Source of the DNA: Chlorokybus atmophyticus
Lineage: Eukaryota > Plantae > Mesostigma and Chlorokybus algae
Direction of reading: 5' to 3'
NCBI GenBank assembly: GCA_009103225.1
Contig: RHPI01003156.1
Span: 612,771 to 676,770 of the forward strand
Length of the DNA stretch: 64,000 nt
Position 1 is the stretch's first letter, and every line of letters starts with the position of its first letter. A program made the position numbers and the translations under genes. Shown here piece after piece: positions 29,841-42,485 of this stretch. Under the pieces are notes generated by a model. It was not told the origin of the DNA, ran no database searches, and saw only the letters and a program-made list of their open reading frames with translations.

Positions 29841-32800
29841 ATGGCTCAGGACGACGCTGCGCGCAGGCGGCTGGGCGCTTTGCAGGGCCACCTGCGCGCA
29901 GTGTCGGACGCCGCAGCCGAGGGTGTGCGTGCGGAGATCGCTGCTGCAGCCGCTGCAGGCGAATTGCAGGTGGGTTGCAAGGCAGGTATTGGCTATATTG
30001 TGATCAGGCATTGCAAGTCGTCCTTGCGTGTGGACAACCCTAACGCACTTCCATGCAGCCCTCTCATATGCTTAATGCTGTCGCTGTACTTGTTTGTTAC
30101 ATGCAGTTGGTGCAAGTTTTTCATTATGGGCAGGAACAATATGCTAGCGCATTGCACATGGTTCGTGTTGTTAAACGAGCTTGAAAAATTGCCAGCGCAT
30201 TATGTAACGACAGTTGCTGTTGTATTACGCTTGTAGGCAAAGGAGTTCTACATTGATTCCGGTTACAGCGCCATTTTGCCTGAGAAGTTGTCTGATTCCG
30301 ACTCCTGGAAGGTGCACTACAGTGTTAAGCTTGTGCTGGCGCTTGTAGTTGCAGGTTGCAGTACGGACATTTATAGACGAAATGTGATTGTTGCTGTTTG
30401 CGACATGCAATGTGTGACGCATGACAAATGCTTCATCACAGGTTCATCGGTCAGCGCAATCACCGTTGAAATTGCTTGACCGTTTTCCCGACGCGGACTC
30501 GGTTGAAACCTTGTACGACAATTTTGAACAAAGCGTCCAGAAACATGCAAACCGCCCATGCCTAGGCACACGCCAGGTTTGCAATAGTTTCAAACATGTT
30601 GTCGCAAAAGCAAGCATTGTTGCATGTCATGTCATGTCACATTGACTGTGCATGGCAGATCGGGCAAGATGGCACTGCAGGAGCGTACAAGTGGATGACA
30701 TACGGTGAGGCCGGTGAACAAAGAACTGCCTGTGGGTCAGGCTTTATGCAGCATGGCATTCGTCCTGGTGGCAAGGTCAGGGAATGTCGCATGCACACAC
30801 ACTACCATCCCTTGGCGGGTACGCTGAGCATCATATAATACAACATGATGTAGGTCGGCTTGTACCTGCAAAACTGTGCGGAGTGGGTGCTGGCCGAGCA
30901 GGCTTGCAATGCGTACTCGATGGTGTCAGTTCCGCTATATGACACTTTGGGGCCGGATGTAGTGAAGTACATATGCAACCATGCTGAACTCAGTGCAGTC
31001 ATTTGCTCCCCCGACAAAGTGGCAGGCCTGCTGGCGGCACTACATGACTGCCCTTCTGTCAAGGTGCGTGCATGCTCGCATTGTGAAAAAAATTGGGTCG
31101 TCAGGAGAGATACCTCACAAAGTGACAACCGTCGATTGACCATTGCACTGGCATGCAATAACCACATCATGAAGTTGTTGGTAGTAGAGTGCCCTGACAC
31201 AAGAAAACACCGAAATGTAGCTGGGTGCCATTTCCATCAGTTTGTGCATTCCTCACTGACCCTGTAAGCAGCTGGTGGTAGTGACTGGTGCGGCAGATGC
31301 TGCCCCTCGCGTGACAGTTCCTGCTGGCTGCGCTGTAGTATCGTGGGCTCGCCTACTGCAGGTACATCTATTATCAGGACCTGGCAGATGTCTTTAGTGC
31401 TGTTACTGAGCTCTTTGCACTGAATAGGCAGGCAGAACGGTCCGGCATCCACATGTGCCTCCAAGGGGCAGCGAGGTTGCTACAATATGCTACACTTCCG
31501 GGACCACAGGAGTACCCAAGGGGGCTGTCCTATCTCATGCAAACATCATAGCAAACGCTGGAGGCTATTATGTTGGTACAACTTGCACTTCAACGGTAAA
31601 CGTGCACTTAGTTGGGTTGTGTATGTGATGTTTGTGATGTGCTTGAATTTAGCTCACAGCCAGCAACACTGTGCATAGGACGTTCACATTTCATATCTGC
31701 CCTTGGCGCATATCTACGAGCGGGTGACCATGGTGCTTGGCATCCATTGTGGAACTGCAGTTGGGTTCTTCCAAGGAGACATCATGAAGCTTATGGATGA
31801 CATACAGGTAGCTCACCTTCCCTTGCATGCTGCTCAGCATACAGCCGTCAACAAGAAGTTCTGGCGCAAGTCAGCCTGAATCTCTGTTGATGGCAGGAAT
31901 TGAAACCCACCATCTTCATATCTGTTCCCCGCCTTTGGAATCGCATCTATGACAAGATCATGGCAACAGTCAACGCCTCTGGCGGCATGCGTAAGCGCCT
32001 GTTTCATGCAGCATACAATGCCAAAAGGAACGCGATCCTACAGGGGCGACAAGCGTCGCCAGTTTGGGATAGATTGGTCTTCAACAAGATGCGACAAGCA
32101 CTAGGCGGCCGCGTTCGGTACGTGGTTGACAGTCTCAAGTTGCGCAACGGACATGCTGTTGTGGTTCTCAGTTGGCAACAAATAGCGTGCCTCGGCATAG
32201 GTACCTTGGCACTGGTGCGTCCCCCATTTCTGCGGAGGTGTTCGACTTCATGCGCGTTTGCTTTGGAGCAAGGGTCGTTGAAGGCTACGGAATGACCGAA
32301 ACATCTTGCGTGATTTCGATGACGCAGGTAATACCATGCACAGATCTGTCGGTCACAACTGGTCACTTGCAAGCAGCATCAGTTGCAGACGGCTTCAGCT
32401 TAAAGAGTGGCATCACGCTCTCTGTAACTGCGTTAAGCACTAAGCCTGTTTGCAAAGTGTCCTGCAAAAAGTGATAGAGCTACCTTCATATTCCACTGGG
32501 CAGGAAGGTGATACGTCATCAGGTCATGTTGGGCCGCCTATCCCATGCATCGAGGTGAAACTTGAAGATGTGCCTGAAATGGACTACCGTCATAGCGACA
32601 AGCCATATCCGCGAGGCGAGATTTGCGTTCGAGGACCGTCAATATTTCAGGTAAGTTCAGCTTGCATGTGTCGGTTGCTAGGCAGTGCTGCTGCTATGTG
32701 TTAGAACCCACGCACATAGCAGCAGCACACAGCCCGCGCCGAGGGATGTAGGCACGTTAATGTGGTTAGTTATGCCATTGAAAATCATGCAGGGATACTA

Positions 32801-33602
32801 CAAGGATGAAGCGCAGACGCGGGAGGTTGTGGACCCAGAGGGGTGGCTGCATACAGGGGATGTTGGTCTGTGGCTTCCACAAGGCCAGCTGAAAATCATT
32901 GACCGAAAGAAGAACATCTTCAAGCTAGCACAGGTACGCAGCATACCATTGGGCGCAGCGAGATCATGCATATTGTCCTGTCAACAGTGCTGAAATTACT
33001 TGGGACGCTGTTTATAGGGTGAATACATTGCACCTGAGAAGATTGAGAATGCTTATGTCAGGAGTCCATTGGTGTCACAGGTGGGTGCTGCTGGTCGCAG
33101 CGTGGTGTTGAAGCCTTGTGCGACGCGCTTGATAATTCACTTGCCTTGCAGGTTTTTGTCCATGGAGACAGCTTGACCTCATTCTTAGTAGCTGTAGTCA
33201 TCCCAGATCCTGATGCACTGGCGCTATGGGCCAAGGAGAATGGCTACAAGGACAACACAAACATGGCAAGGCTTTGCGCTGATCCCAAAGTGGAGGCAGC
33301 AATTATTGCATCCTTAAAGCAAGCGGCTGCTCAAGCTCAGCTGCGCGGTTTTGAACAGGTAAGTGTATATGATGCGATGCGATGTAAGATGAATACAACT
33401 ATAGAAGCCTCAACGCCTCATGTATGATGGTCCGCAGGTCAAGGCCATCCGCGTTGTCCCGGAACCATTCTCAGTTGAGAACGGGTTGCTTACACCGTCT
33501 TTCAAAATTAAGCGCCCACAGGCTGCGGCGGTCTTCGCGGACGCGATTGCAGAGCTGTATGCCCGAGTGAAGGCCAATGGCGAAGATGCCAACAGCCTGT
33601 GA
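29841..33602 (+). CDS. LACS: Peroxisomal long-chain acyl-CoA synthetase (LACS6/LACS7-like), multi-exon
   Basis: [16 protein letters not shown]-binding loop (~31483-31520), [20 protein letters not shown] and [23 protein letters not shown]|[12 protein letters not shown]-terminal PTS2 RLGALQGHL (29868-29894). First exons 29841-29969, 30237-30311 and 30442-30576; stop at 33600-33602. Confidence 0.93.
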
Positions 33603-33875
33603 ACGCTCGCATCTAGCTCAGCATTCATCAGTGTGGGGTTGTGTACAGTGTAGTTGCCTACACCTTAGGCTGGATGACCTGAACTGACACCAGGTGCTGA
33701 GACCCAAACATTGTTGGAAAGTACAGCTCCGGTTTCAGTGCATGCAGTTGCACCGCAGACCATGGAAGCACAGTCAAGTGGTCACTGCATTTGCTCCCAT
33801 TGTAACATCCTTGTGATGGGTTTCAACAACTGCATAAACATCTGTTCGGTATCTGCACTTGCAGACGGCAGAGCC

Positions 33876-36801
33876 TCAATTGACTACTTGCTCAACATCG
33901 CTGTCATCAACAGCATCCATGCTGTTGTCGCGCAGCAGTGGCTTTGTGAGCGTGCTCTGGTCGTGAACCTTTGCGCATGTATGCTTTCCAGTTGCGTTGC
34001 TGGAGCAGACATCAACCTCAACAGTCTGCAAGATCGTGGCGCTGATGAACCACCTGGTAAAGTACAGGTTGACATACACCATGAATAGAACAAGGGCCGC
34101 GGTGCAGATGCTGCTGGGATAGTAGAAGAGTGAGAAAAGGGTGCCGTCGCGGTCGTTGTCTAGTGTGGCGTAGCCTGAGGCGGTGAACGCCACGATGGCA
34201 GACAGCAGAGACGCGGTGAGGCACGCGGCCATGACGGCCACAAGGTTGCCGCGCCTGTTGGCCCTCGCTTTCCAGCTCAAATCCATCTTGAACCAGGGAA
34301 AGTAAGTCAACGCCCCCACAACGACCACTGCAAGCGCAAAGTAGAATGACAGCGTGCTCCCGAGCACCCACGCCCCAACAGCCCTCCTCCTTGTGACACT
34401 TGCCGCCTGATTAGATTCATCCATATCCATAATCCATGCATCCGGCGGGTTGGAGAAGGACTGGTATGTGACGCTCGCCATGAGCGTGGCCACGACAAGG
34501 AGGCCTCCAATAGCAGACGTGAACACCTCCCTGTCCGCGAACTCGTACTGCCACGAGCGCTTCGCAAGCCCCGTCAAGCACTGCTCCACCGTCACGCCTT
34601 CGGCTGTTTTTACCGCAGTGGGGTCACACTCGCACTCGTCGAGCAAGTACCTTACGCACTCGGCGCTCCCCGACTGCGCTGCGCAGTGCAGAGGCGTGCA
34701 CCCCTGCTTGTCCACCATCGCGTCCAGGCTCGGCGGGTGTACGCTCTTGAGGCGCCTCAGCGTTATGCCGTACAATGTGACGCGTTGGTGAGATGTGGTA
34801 AACAGGCGACTGCAGAGGTACTTGAGAACCTCAGCATTGCCTGAAGTAGCAGCAAAGTGCACCGGCGTCTCTCCCATTGTGTTCGCTTCATTGGGGCTCA
34901 GCCCGTAGACTTCCACCATCATCTTCACTATGTCCAAGTACACACTGCGCGCATCGTTCGTCACCGCGCTGTCCACAGTACCTGTAGTCGTCGTTGTGGT
35001 TGTGGTTTTACCCTTGTCTTTGTCATTGTTGTTATATCGATGTTATGTTAAAAAGCAGTCCGTGCACAAGTATGTGTACAGCGGTCTATCGGAAACAAAG
35101 CACATTGCATTCCGCATGAGTGGTGACAAGTACCTTGCTTGAGATACAGATGGAGTGCCGTGTTCCCGTGCGATGTGAGGGCGTTGGCATGTTGTCCTCC
35201 ATCTGCCGCCAGCAGCGCATTGACAATGCGCGGCTGGACCCTGCCGGACACGGCATGATGAAGGGGCATGTAGCGCGTGTCCGAGCGCCACAACTTGTGG
35301 ATGTCGCGGCGTTCCAGCTCGGCCTCCCGTTCAATTCCGTCAAACAGCCGATTCGCCAGCACACTGTCCTTCGGGTCAAACTTGAAGTTGCGTATGTCCA
35401 CGCGAACGTTGGGGATGGACAGGAGGATGTCGACAGCCTCGGCGTTGTCGCAGTCGGCCGCCACGTGGAGAGCCGTCTGGCCGTCGCAGCCGCCGAGCCC
35501 CCGTATTGGTGTCGCATTGACATCGGCGTGAAGGTAAAGCAACAGCCACTTGAGCACACTGATGTACTGCCCGTCGTAGATATCTGCTCTTCGCGTGGCC
35601 TCCTCGCTCACTTCGCTGGGGCTTACTCTGGCTCTCTCTCTCCCCTGTCTCACGGCTATGTGCAGGAAACCAGCGTCGATTGGCCGACTATGGGCGCCGC
35701 AATCGCTCATGCCCTCCAGTGCTCTCATCACTGCAGGCCATCGGTTGCCTCGGACATCAGCTGCACGCTTGAGCAAGTCCTTTGTAGCCGCTGCACATCC
35801 TGAGAGCCAAACCAAAGGTTGAACATGACTTCGTCCATAGCGACAACTCCCATCATCAGAACAGTAATCTTTGTATACGATGTGCACATGCAGTTGCGTG
35901 TCCTGTCCTGTTAGCGTCCATGCTTATGACACAAGACATGACACCAGTGCGTCATGCATCACATGGCACAGACATGAGCACGCACAGACTAGCAGGCAGC
36001 AATGTATCCCTGACACGTCACACAGGATGTCGGTGTAACCGAGTTTTGGTGCCCCCCCCCCCTCCTGCGCGCACATCCACGCATGCACATGTGATCGCAC
36101 GCGCATCCACGCACAAGCGCATGCACACTGCATTTACCTTTGCGCTCCTTCACTGTCGCCTCCTTTGCTGCAGTGTCCTGCGTGTACAACTTCACTGCGG
36201 GATCCATGCTGTAGGGTATCAAAAAGACATATCAAGGCGCAGCACTTGGTTGACTTGCCCCAGATTAGACTGAACTTCTTATGCCTGGCTTGCATGCAAC
36301 CTGTGGTAAGCCGCCATCGCTATTTGTGACAACACAAACCTTGAAGACTTTCAAAACAAATTGTCCTGCCATAACCTAACCTGGATATCAGAACCAACAC
36401 ATTACGCACATAGCACTGCCAAACAGTCTTCACAACATAGTTAGTGGCTTTCAACCAAAACCCCGGCCGCACAAGAGAGCACTCCAAAGTCAAACACTCT
36501 ACGCCGTGCGTGCAGTGTTGTTATCAGCAACTTACTCAAGGCACACTGAAGCAGCGGAGTAGCTGCGCCGCCGCCGCCGCCGCCGCCGCCGCCCAACCTG
36601 CCAGTGCGCTTGACCTTGTCCCGGCAAATGCTTTTTTGGGTCAGGGTCCGGTCGGGTCACGCGATAGTGAGATATCGGCAGGAGTGCTGAACCGGAGCAA
36701 GGATGACCAGGCGAACGGACCAGTAAGGTGCCGCCCTCAGTGTAAGAAAGCATTGCTGTTAGCTCAGATGCTGCTTCATGTAACAAACCGGGTGCCGCCA
36801 T
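33876..36801 (-). CDS. Ankyrin-repeat plus PGG-type transmembrane protein (ACD6/ITN1-like ANK-TM family)
   Basis: Ankyrin motifs GQTALHVAAD, MPLHHAVS, HGNTALHLYL, MGETPVHFAA and QGCTPLHCAAQSG. PGG-like LLVVATLMASVTYQSFSNPPDAW followed by ~4 hydrophobic helices. Main exons ~35885-35134 and 34981-33876 are phase-consistent. The 5' exons (~36801-36597, ~36215-36138) are tentative. Confidence 0.8.
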
Positions 36802-37203
36802 GGCAAGTCACTCCCCCCCTGTCTCCTGCTTTCCTTCCAATGTCAAACAACTCCGTGTAGGTTATGAAATTTGAGCAAACATATATGCGCGTGTGCATGA
36901 CACTTGCGCTAATACCGTATTTACTCTTACAAACGCCCCCCTCAGCAAAAAGGCAGCGAAAGTGCCCTTTTACGGGCATTGTTTGCCCATAATGAAGCCC
37001 CCCTTACCCCCTTTAGAAGCCACACTTTTGCTCACTTTTCTCAAAACTCGAGCTAACATAGCCACATGCTGACTAAATACGCGTCGCACATGCATGCCAT
37101 TGATGTAATGGCTCGCATGTTGCAATCTGTGGCTCTTTTTAGTGGTATGATAAGTTTCACAGCCACTGCGGAGCCAATGCAAAGTGCTTGGCAGAGACAC
37201 GGG

Positions 37204-37396
37204 NNNNNNNNNNNNNNNNNNNNNNNNNNNNNNNNNNNNNNNNNNNNNNNNNNNNNNNNNNNNNNNNNNNNNNNNNNNNNNNNNNNNNNNNNNNNNNNNN
37301 NNNNNNNNNNNNNNNNNNNNNNNNNNNNNNNNNNNNNNNNNNNNNNNNNNNNNNNNNNNNNNNNNNNNNNNNNNNNNNNNNNNNNNNNNNNNNNNN
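37204..37396. other. Assembly gap (N run)
   Basis: 193 consecutive n. Confidence 1.
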
Positions 37397-38153
37397 GGGC
37401 TATAAATAAAGGGCTGGGGGCTTTATCAGAGTATATACTGTACTATTAAGTAGCTGATATACATGGGTGAATATTTTATACAAATAACATGTAGATTACA
37501 TAAAACTGCACTTAAACAAACCAATGTGTTGCACGTCTAAAACAGTTCTTACCATAATGATAAAATTGTTGATGTCGCTTTAACATTAATGATCGAACTC
37601 GTAATTCGTATGCACAAAATACAATGTTACCACGCTACAAATGCAAAAGTACATTCTTAATATGCACGGCATGCAATAACTTGATTTACAAAAGGATCGT
37701 AGGCTGTAACGTGCTAGAAATCATATTGTAGTGCAAGCATTGCAATGTAGCTGGAAGTACTCTTTTAAAAAATTATGGGCACACTATAACAAAATGCATG
37801 GTATGATCGGGTAATTTAAGTTGCAAACATGATTAGTTTATAAATCTGTGAAAACAAAATCCATAAACTGATGTGCTACGAACCATAAGATATAATTTGC
37901 GCATATGTACCATTCAGAAATTTGCACTTCACTTGCCTGCTCAAACAATTTTTTATGTCCATATGTTCATACGCAAAAGGCCACCATACCACCTTAACCC
38001 CTTCAGAAGTGCAGACTGTCGTCATGTGCCGTGCATCATGCGCACATTTTCGTGCGCTATTTTCACCAACGGCCGCGGAAACGGGACCCGGGCAAAAAGG
38101 GCAAAAAGTAGCGGAAACACCAGAGCTGCCAGCTGGCAAGAGTTTGTGCGGCA

Positions 38154-38358
38154 TAGGGTTTTCTTCCTGGGCGGCGGCGGCGGCGGCGGGATTGGTGTGT
38201 TTGAGGGCGACGACTTTCAGGTGGCTGTCGGCGACGCCGTCCCTCTGCGTGGATGACCATCATGATGGCACAAAGATGCCCATGGCGTAACTTGCTCAGC
38301 TGATCGTGCAGCGAGTGGTTGCTTAAGGGGCTGTGTGCTGGGGCGCTGGTTAGGGTTT
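38154..38358 (+). promoter_or_regulatory. Two telo-box motifs (TAGGGTTT) upstream of the RER1 ATG
   Basis: TAGGGTTT at 38154-38161 and 38351-38358. Function inferred from land-plant telo-boxes. Confidence 0.45.
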
Positions 38359-38386
38359 TCCGGCCTCTGGCGTGAGCGCAGCAAGC

Positions 38387-40155
38387 ATGGATCCCACCTA
38401 CGCCAATGGCACCTCTGGAATGGAGGGTCCAAAGTTGGTTGATCAGGTGCGTGCGTGGGTGATGTGTAACTCGCGCTAACTCACCCATGGCAGAAAAGTG
38501 GTTTTGCACCACGTAGGCATGTTGCTGTCTCTGACTGAAGTGCAGATATTGAGCTGAGTGAACTAGCAGTCGCATATAAGGTGCAGAGCGACTGTGTGTA
38601 GTTTGCTGTGCCTGGGCTCAGTTCGTCAATCAAGCCATTGAAGCACAGGCATGCAGGTTGATTGTTGTTGCGTGCACTTACACTTTGATTGTACTCTTGC
38701 GCAATATGTCCTCCTCTTTGTTATTCAAGAGAGAGCAGGGTAAATTGCACAGTTACAACAAAAATTGTGGCTGTCACGACGCGTAAGGCGTGTGAGCACT
38801 TTGCTACATGTGCCTGTTATGCCGGGCCTGTATATCCTGTACCTGCTTTTGTCAGTTTTCCAATCGGTGCCCAGCATGCGTCATTGCCACGCAGCATGCG
38901 TTGCAGTAATCGAAAATGAATAAACAGCACATTTGTGCTTCCAGTTGCTCGCTACTGTCCACCTCCTTGTGCTGCATGCGCAGGTGTCAGTTGAAATGAC
39001 CCATTACCCATGGATCCTTTTGCATTCATGTTGTTGGTCGTTCCTTGCTGTCGTTGATGGCCTTTGTTTGTTGTTGGTTAGTTGAGGTTACAGCAGTTGT
39101 TGTGTGGCATTGCAAGTGGATGCCACCAACAAGCATCATTGCAAGCAGGCTGCTGTCTTTCATGTGATGCACAAGTTGTTGCAGTTGACGTGTGCTTGAA
39201 GCAATGCAGTCACTGTCAAGTTGATAGGCTCTGTTGATTGTCCACATCATGCCGGTTGACTTCAGTGCGCAGCTCATGCAGGCAACCCAACTGGCTGCTG
39301 GCAGGTGCGGCACACGCTGCAGCGGCGCTCGCAATTCTACCTCGACAAGGCAACCCCGTTCCCCACGTATCGATGGCTAGGCACCTTAGGTCTTCTTGGT
39401 TTGTACGCTCTTCGTGTATGCTTCCTTCAGGTGAGACCAGGCATGTGGTGGCAGGTGCACATGGATTCCTTGAAGGCAAGGAGAGGATTGAGTTGGTAGC
39501 CCACTTACTTGTTTTCTCTCGGTTGCAGGGGTTTTATATTGTCACGTATGGGCTTGGCATTTATGTGCTCAACCTGTTCATCGGCTTCTTGTCACCTCAA
39601 ATTGATCCCGAGTCGGATGGGCCACAGTTGCCCACAAAAGGCAGCGATGAATTCAAACCCTTTGTGCGGCGTCTGCCAGAGTTCAAGTTTTGGTACGTAG
39701 AGCTTGTTGCATCATTCGCAGTTTGCAACACAGTGGTGGCGAAGAGTCTAACGCTCCTTGTTTGACAACCGCAGGTACAACGTGAGCAAGGGTGTAGTGG
39801 TAGCGTTTTTCATGACATTCTTTCCGGTGTTTGATGTCCCAGTGTTCTGGCCTATTCTGCTAGTCTACTGGATCATGCTCTTCTTCCTTACCATGAAGAG
39901 GCAGATACTACACATGATCAAGTACCGGTATTTGCCATTCTCACGGGGCAAACAGGTGAGTACGGTTGTATGCAGGATGCTTTCAATGCATGCATCACTG
40001 CTTTGCTCCCAACTTGCTTTGGTGCTAAGCATGTGGGTATCCCAGTGCAGCTCAGCTTGTCCTGCTCTCAGGTGTACAAGAACAAGGGCAAAGAGAAGGT
40101 GACGGCACCGACAGCTGATGCTGCCATGGCAGCAGGTCCTTCACATAGCAAGTAA
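38387..40155 (+). CDS. RER1: Golgi-ER retrieval receptor RER1
   Basis: Exons 38387-38446, 39305-39430, ~39529-39692, ~39776-39955 and 40072-40155. Motifs [53 protein letters not shown] and [31 protein letters not shown]. Confidence 0.96.
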
Positions 40156-42364
40156 CCCCCGGGGGCCTTTTGTAGGATTGTGAGCTGGCAGTGAACCTAT
40201 GCTGTGTGTGAGATGGCATGCTTGAGCTCTGCAGGCTACAATTGCAATTGAAGTGGCATGCCGTGCTGTCTTTGACAGGAGATAGCAGTATCATGTGTTG
40301 CTGATGCTTTGCTCCAGCAGTGTAGCAAAGCTTTGCCCAGCCAGGGTTTGCTGTGATGTGGGTCAGTGGCAGTTGTATCAAGTTGGCCAATGTGCTGGTA
40401 CGGGCAGTCGCCTGCGAAGCTTCATCCTGCAGTCATCCGCATCCATTGCTGACCATGTGCCAGCAGTCTGTGACCAGCAGTGTTAGCTTCTGTAGAGCTA
40501 TTCTGCAAGAGGCGCCCGTTGGTGATAAATGGTGGGTATGAACATATGTGTGCATGGGGCCTGTCATTCAGCTCGCTGCTATCGAGCATATAGAAATAGT
40601 AGGTAAAGCTATACCCTCCCACCCCCACCCCGGGCTATACCCCCCAGATTTGTGGTAATTGCTCAAAATGTGACGGGTGTATGGTGACGTGGTAGGGCTA
40701 TTGCAAGACTGTCCATGTGTTGCTGATGCAAAGCATTACAACGTAGCACTCAAGCAGACAGCAGCATAACAGCAACAGAGCCTGGCAACAAGAAAGCAAA
40801 GCAATTAAGCGGCAAGGGCAACTACACTTCTGCATGCTGCTATCTATGTGCGTGCAAGAGGAGGGCGAGGGCGGGTGGGCAGCAAGGCAGGTATCGGTAC
40901 AAGCAGCAGACCGCAGCAAACCAGTAGCAGGAATGGCAGTACAGTAGTGCATGTACTGCCATACCTTATATGTATTTTAAGTGCATGATGCTCGATGTGT
41001 ATACTTGTGTGGTAGGTGGTAGTGGCAGACATAGTTGAGTTAACGTTAATACTCAAGTGAGGGTGGTGGTCATGTTTATAAACATGGTCATGGGCCATGA
41101 CTCATGGTAAGTGCGCATGGTGGATGCTGATATGCTGCATGCTACTTAATGCTAATGTGTGCTCGTTGCTTGCCTTGCGTGCACGCTATGCATGTTGCAT
41201 CTTTTGTACTATTTGTTGTTAATGGGTTGTTCATACGCATTTCCGTGGGTGATGTATCTTAGGTATGCGATGGTGGGCAATGCACACTTCATGGTATGCA
41301 TTGCCCGTTGCGTCATACAGAGAACGCGTATGTAGATATCGTTTAAAACCATTACAATTATCAATAGTCATAATGGTTTTTGTGAGTGCAAGCGCTGCCA
41401 ATCAGACATAATTGTGATGAACTTGTTAGCTCGATTGCGAATAAAATCGTGCGTGATGCACATTGGTGCTAGCAGTGCAAAGCTTGATACGTCTGGGTTG
41501 TGGTATGACAAACGTATTGACTCACGCGAAAACCCACACATCAGATCACATTATTGTTTGAATGCGATGCTAAGTGTATAAAAGATGCAATGACTATGCG
41601 CGTGCATGTGCAACAATAAGGCATGTTTGCTCAACATATCATGGTTGGTTGTGTGTACAAAATATGCAATGTGATGCATATGACCATGCTGACACATGCA
41701 ATCCACATCACACATGCAAGCGCAATGCACACAGCAACATTCACCAAGGTTAATAACCATCGGGCTACACACAGTCAACCACTTACTCACTACCTAGCTT
41801 CCACTGCCCTGACCCCCGTTACATCAGCATGCATTGAGTCACCTGCACCACGGGCGCTGTCACAAACACTGTAAGGCCATTAATATGCAGGGGCAAGGGT
41901 TTGGCAGAGTTTGTGGGGGCTTTAAGCTACTGCCGAGGATGTGCAGCAGGAAAGTATAAGGTAAGAACAACGCATAGCGGTATGCAAGCCTCATCAACAG
42001 CACGGTAGAGGAGTGAGAAGCGGCAAGGCAAGCAAAGCCTCATCTGTGCAAGCAGCGCCATAAAGAGCGAGTTGCCATGGGATAGTTAAACATTGTGACT
42101 ATTAATTGGTTATAATTGCTCCGCACTCCACCAGCGCATACGGTTCATACTATTCAACTCAGTGAGGCATTGGACTTTAAGCATTCCCGTATTGCGTTGA
42201 CATAATTAACATCCATAGCTTTACATGTGATGGAGACAAGTTGTGTCACTTACAGATAGCACGTGTGCATGATTAACAATCAGGGTAAAGCAAGTACCGT
42301 ATCAACAACTTGCATGTGCACCATTATTACCAGCTAATGGTGCAGGAATTGCCGAGGTTCACGC

Positions 42365-42412
42365 GGCCCAGTTGCATTTCGCTTGTCTGGGCTGGGTTCA
42401 AGTGTTAGGGTT
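42365..42412 (+). promoter_or_regulatory. Site II-like (GGCCCA, TGGGCT) plus telo-box-like (TTAGGGTT) cluster upstream of ABCF4
   Basis: GGCCCA 42365-42370, TGGGCT 42388-42393 and TTAGGGTT 42405-42412, ~75-120 bp before the ATG at 42486. Confidence 0.4.
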
Positions 42413-42485
42413 GCGTCCCAGTGGCCAGTTTTGCCACGTTGTCATCCCCGCAGCGGCGGCGGCGGCGGCCGGGTTCCTCGGCGAG

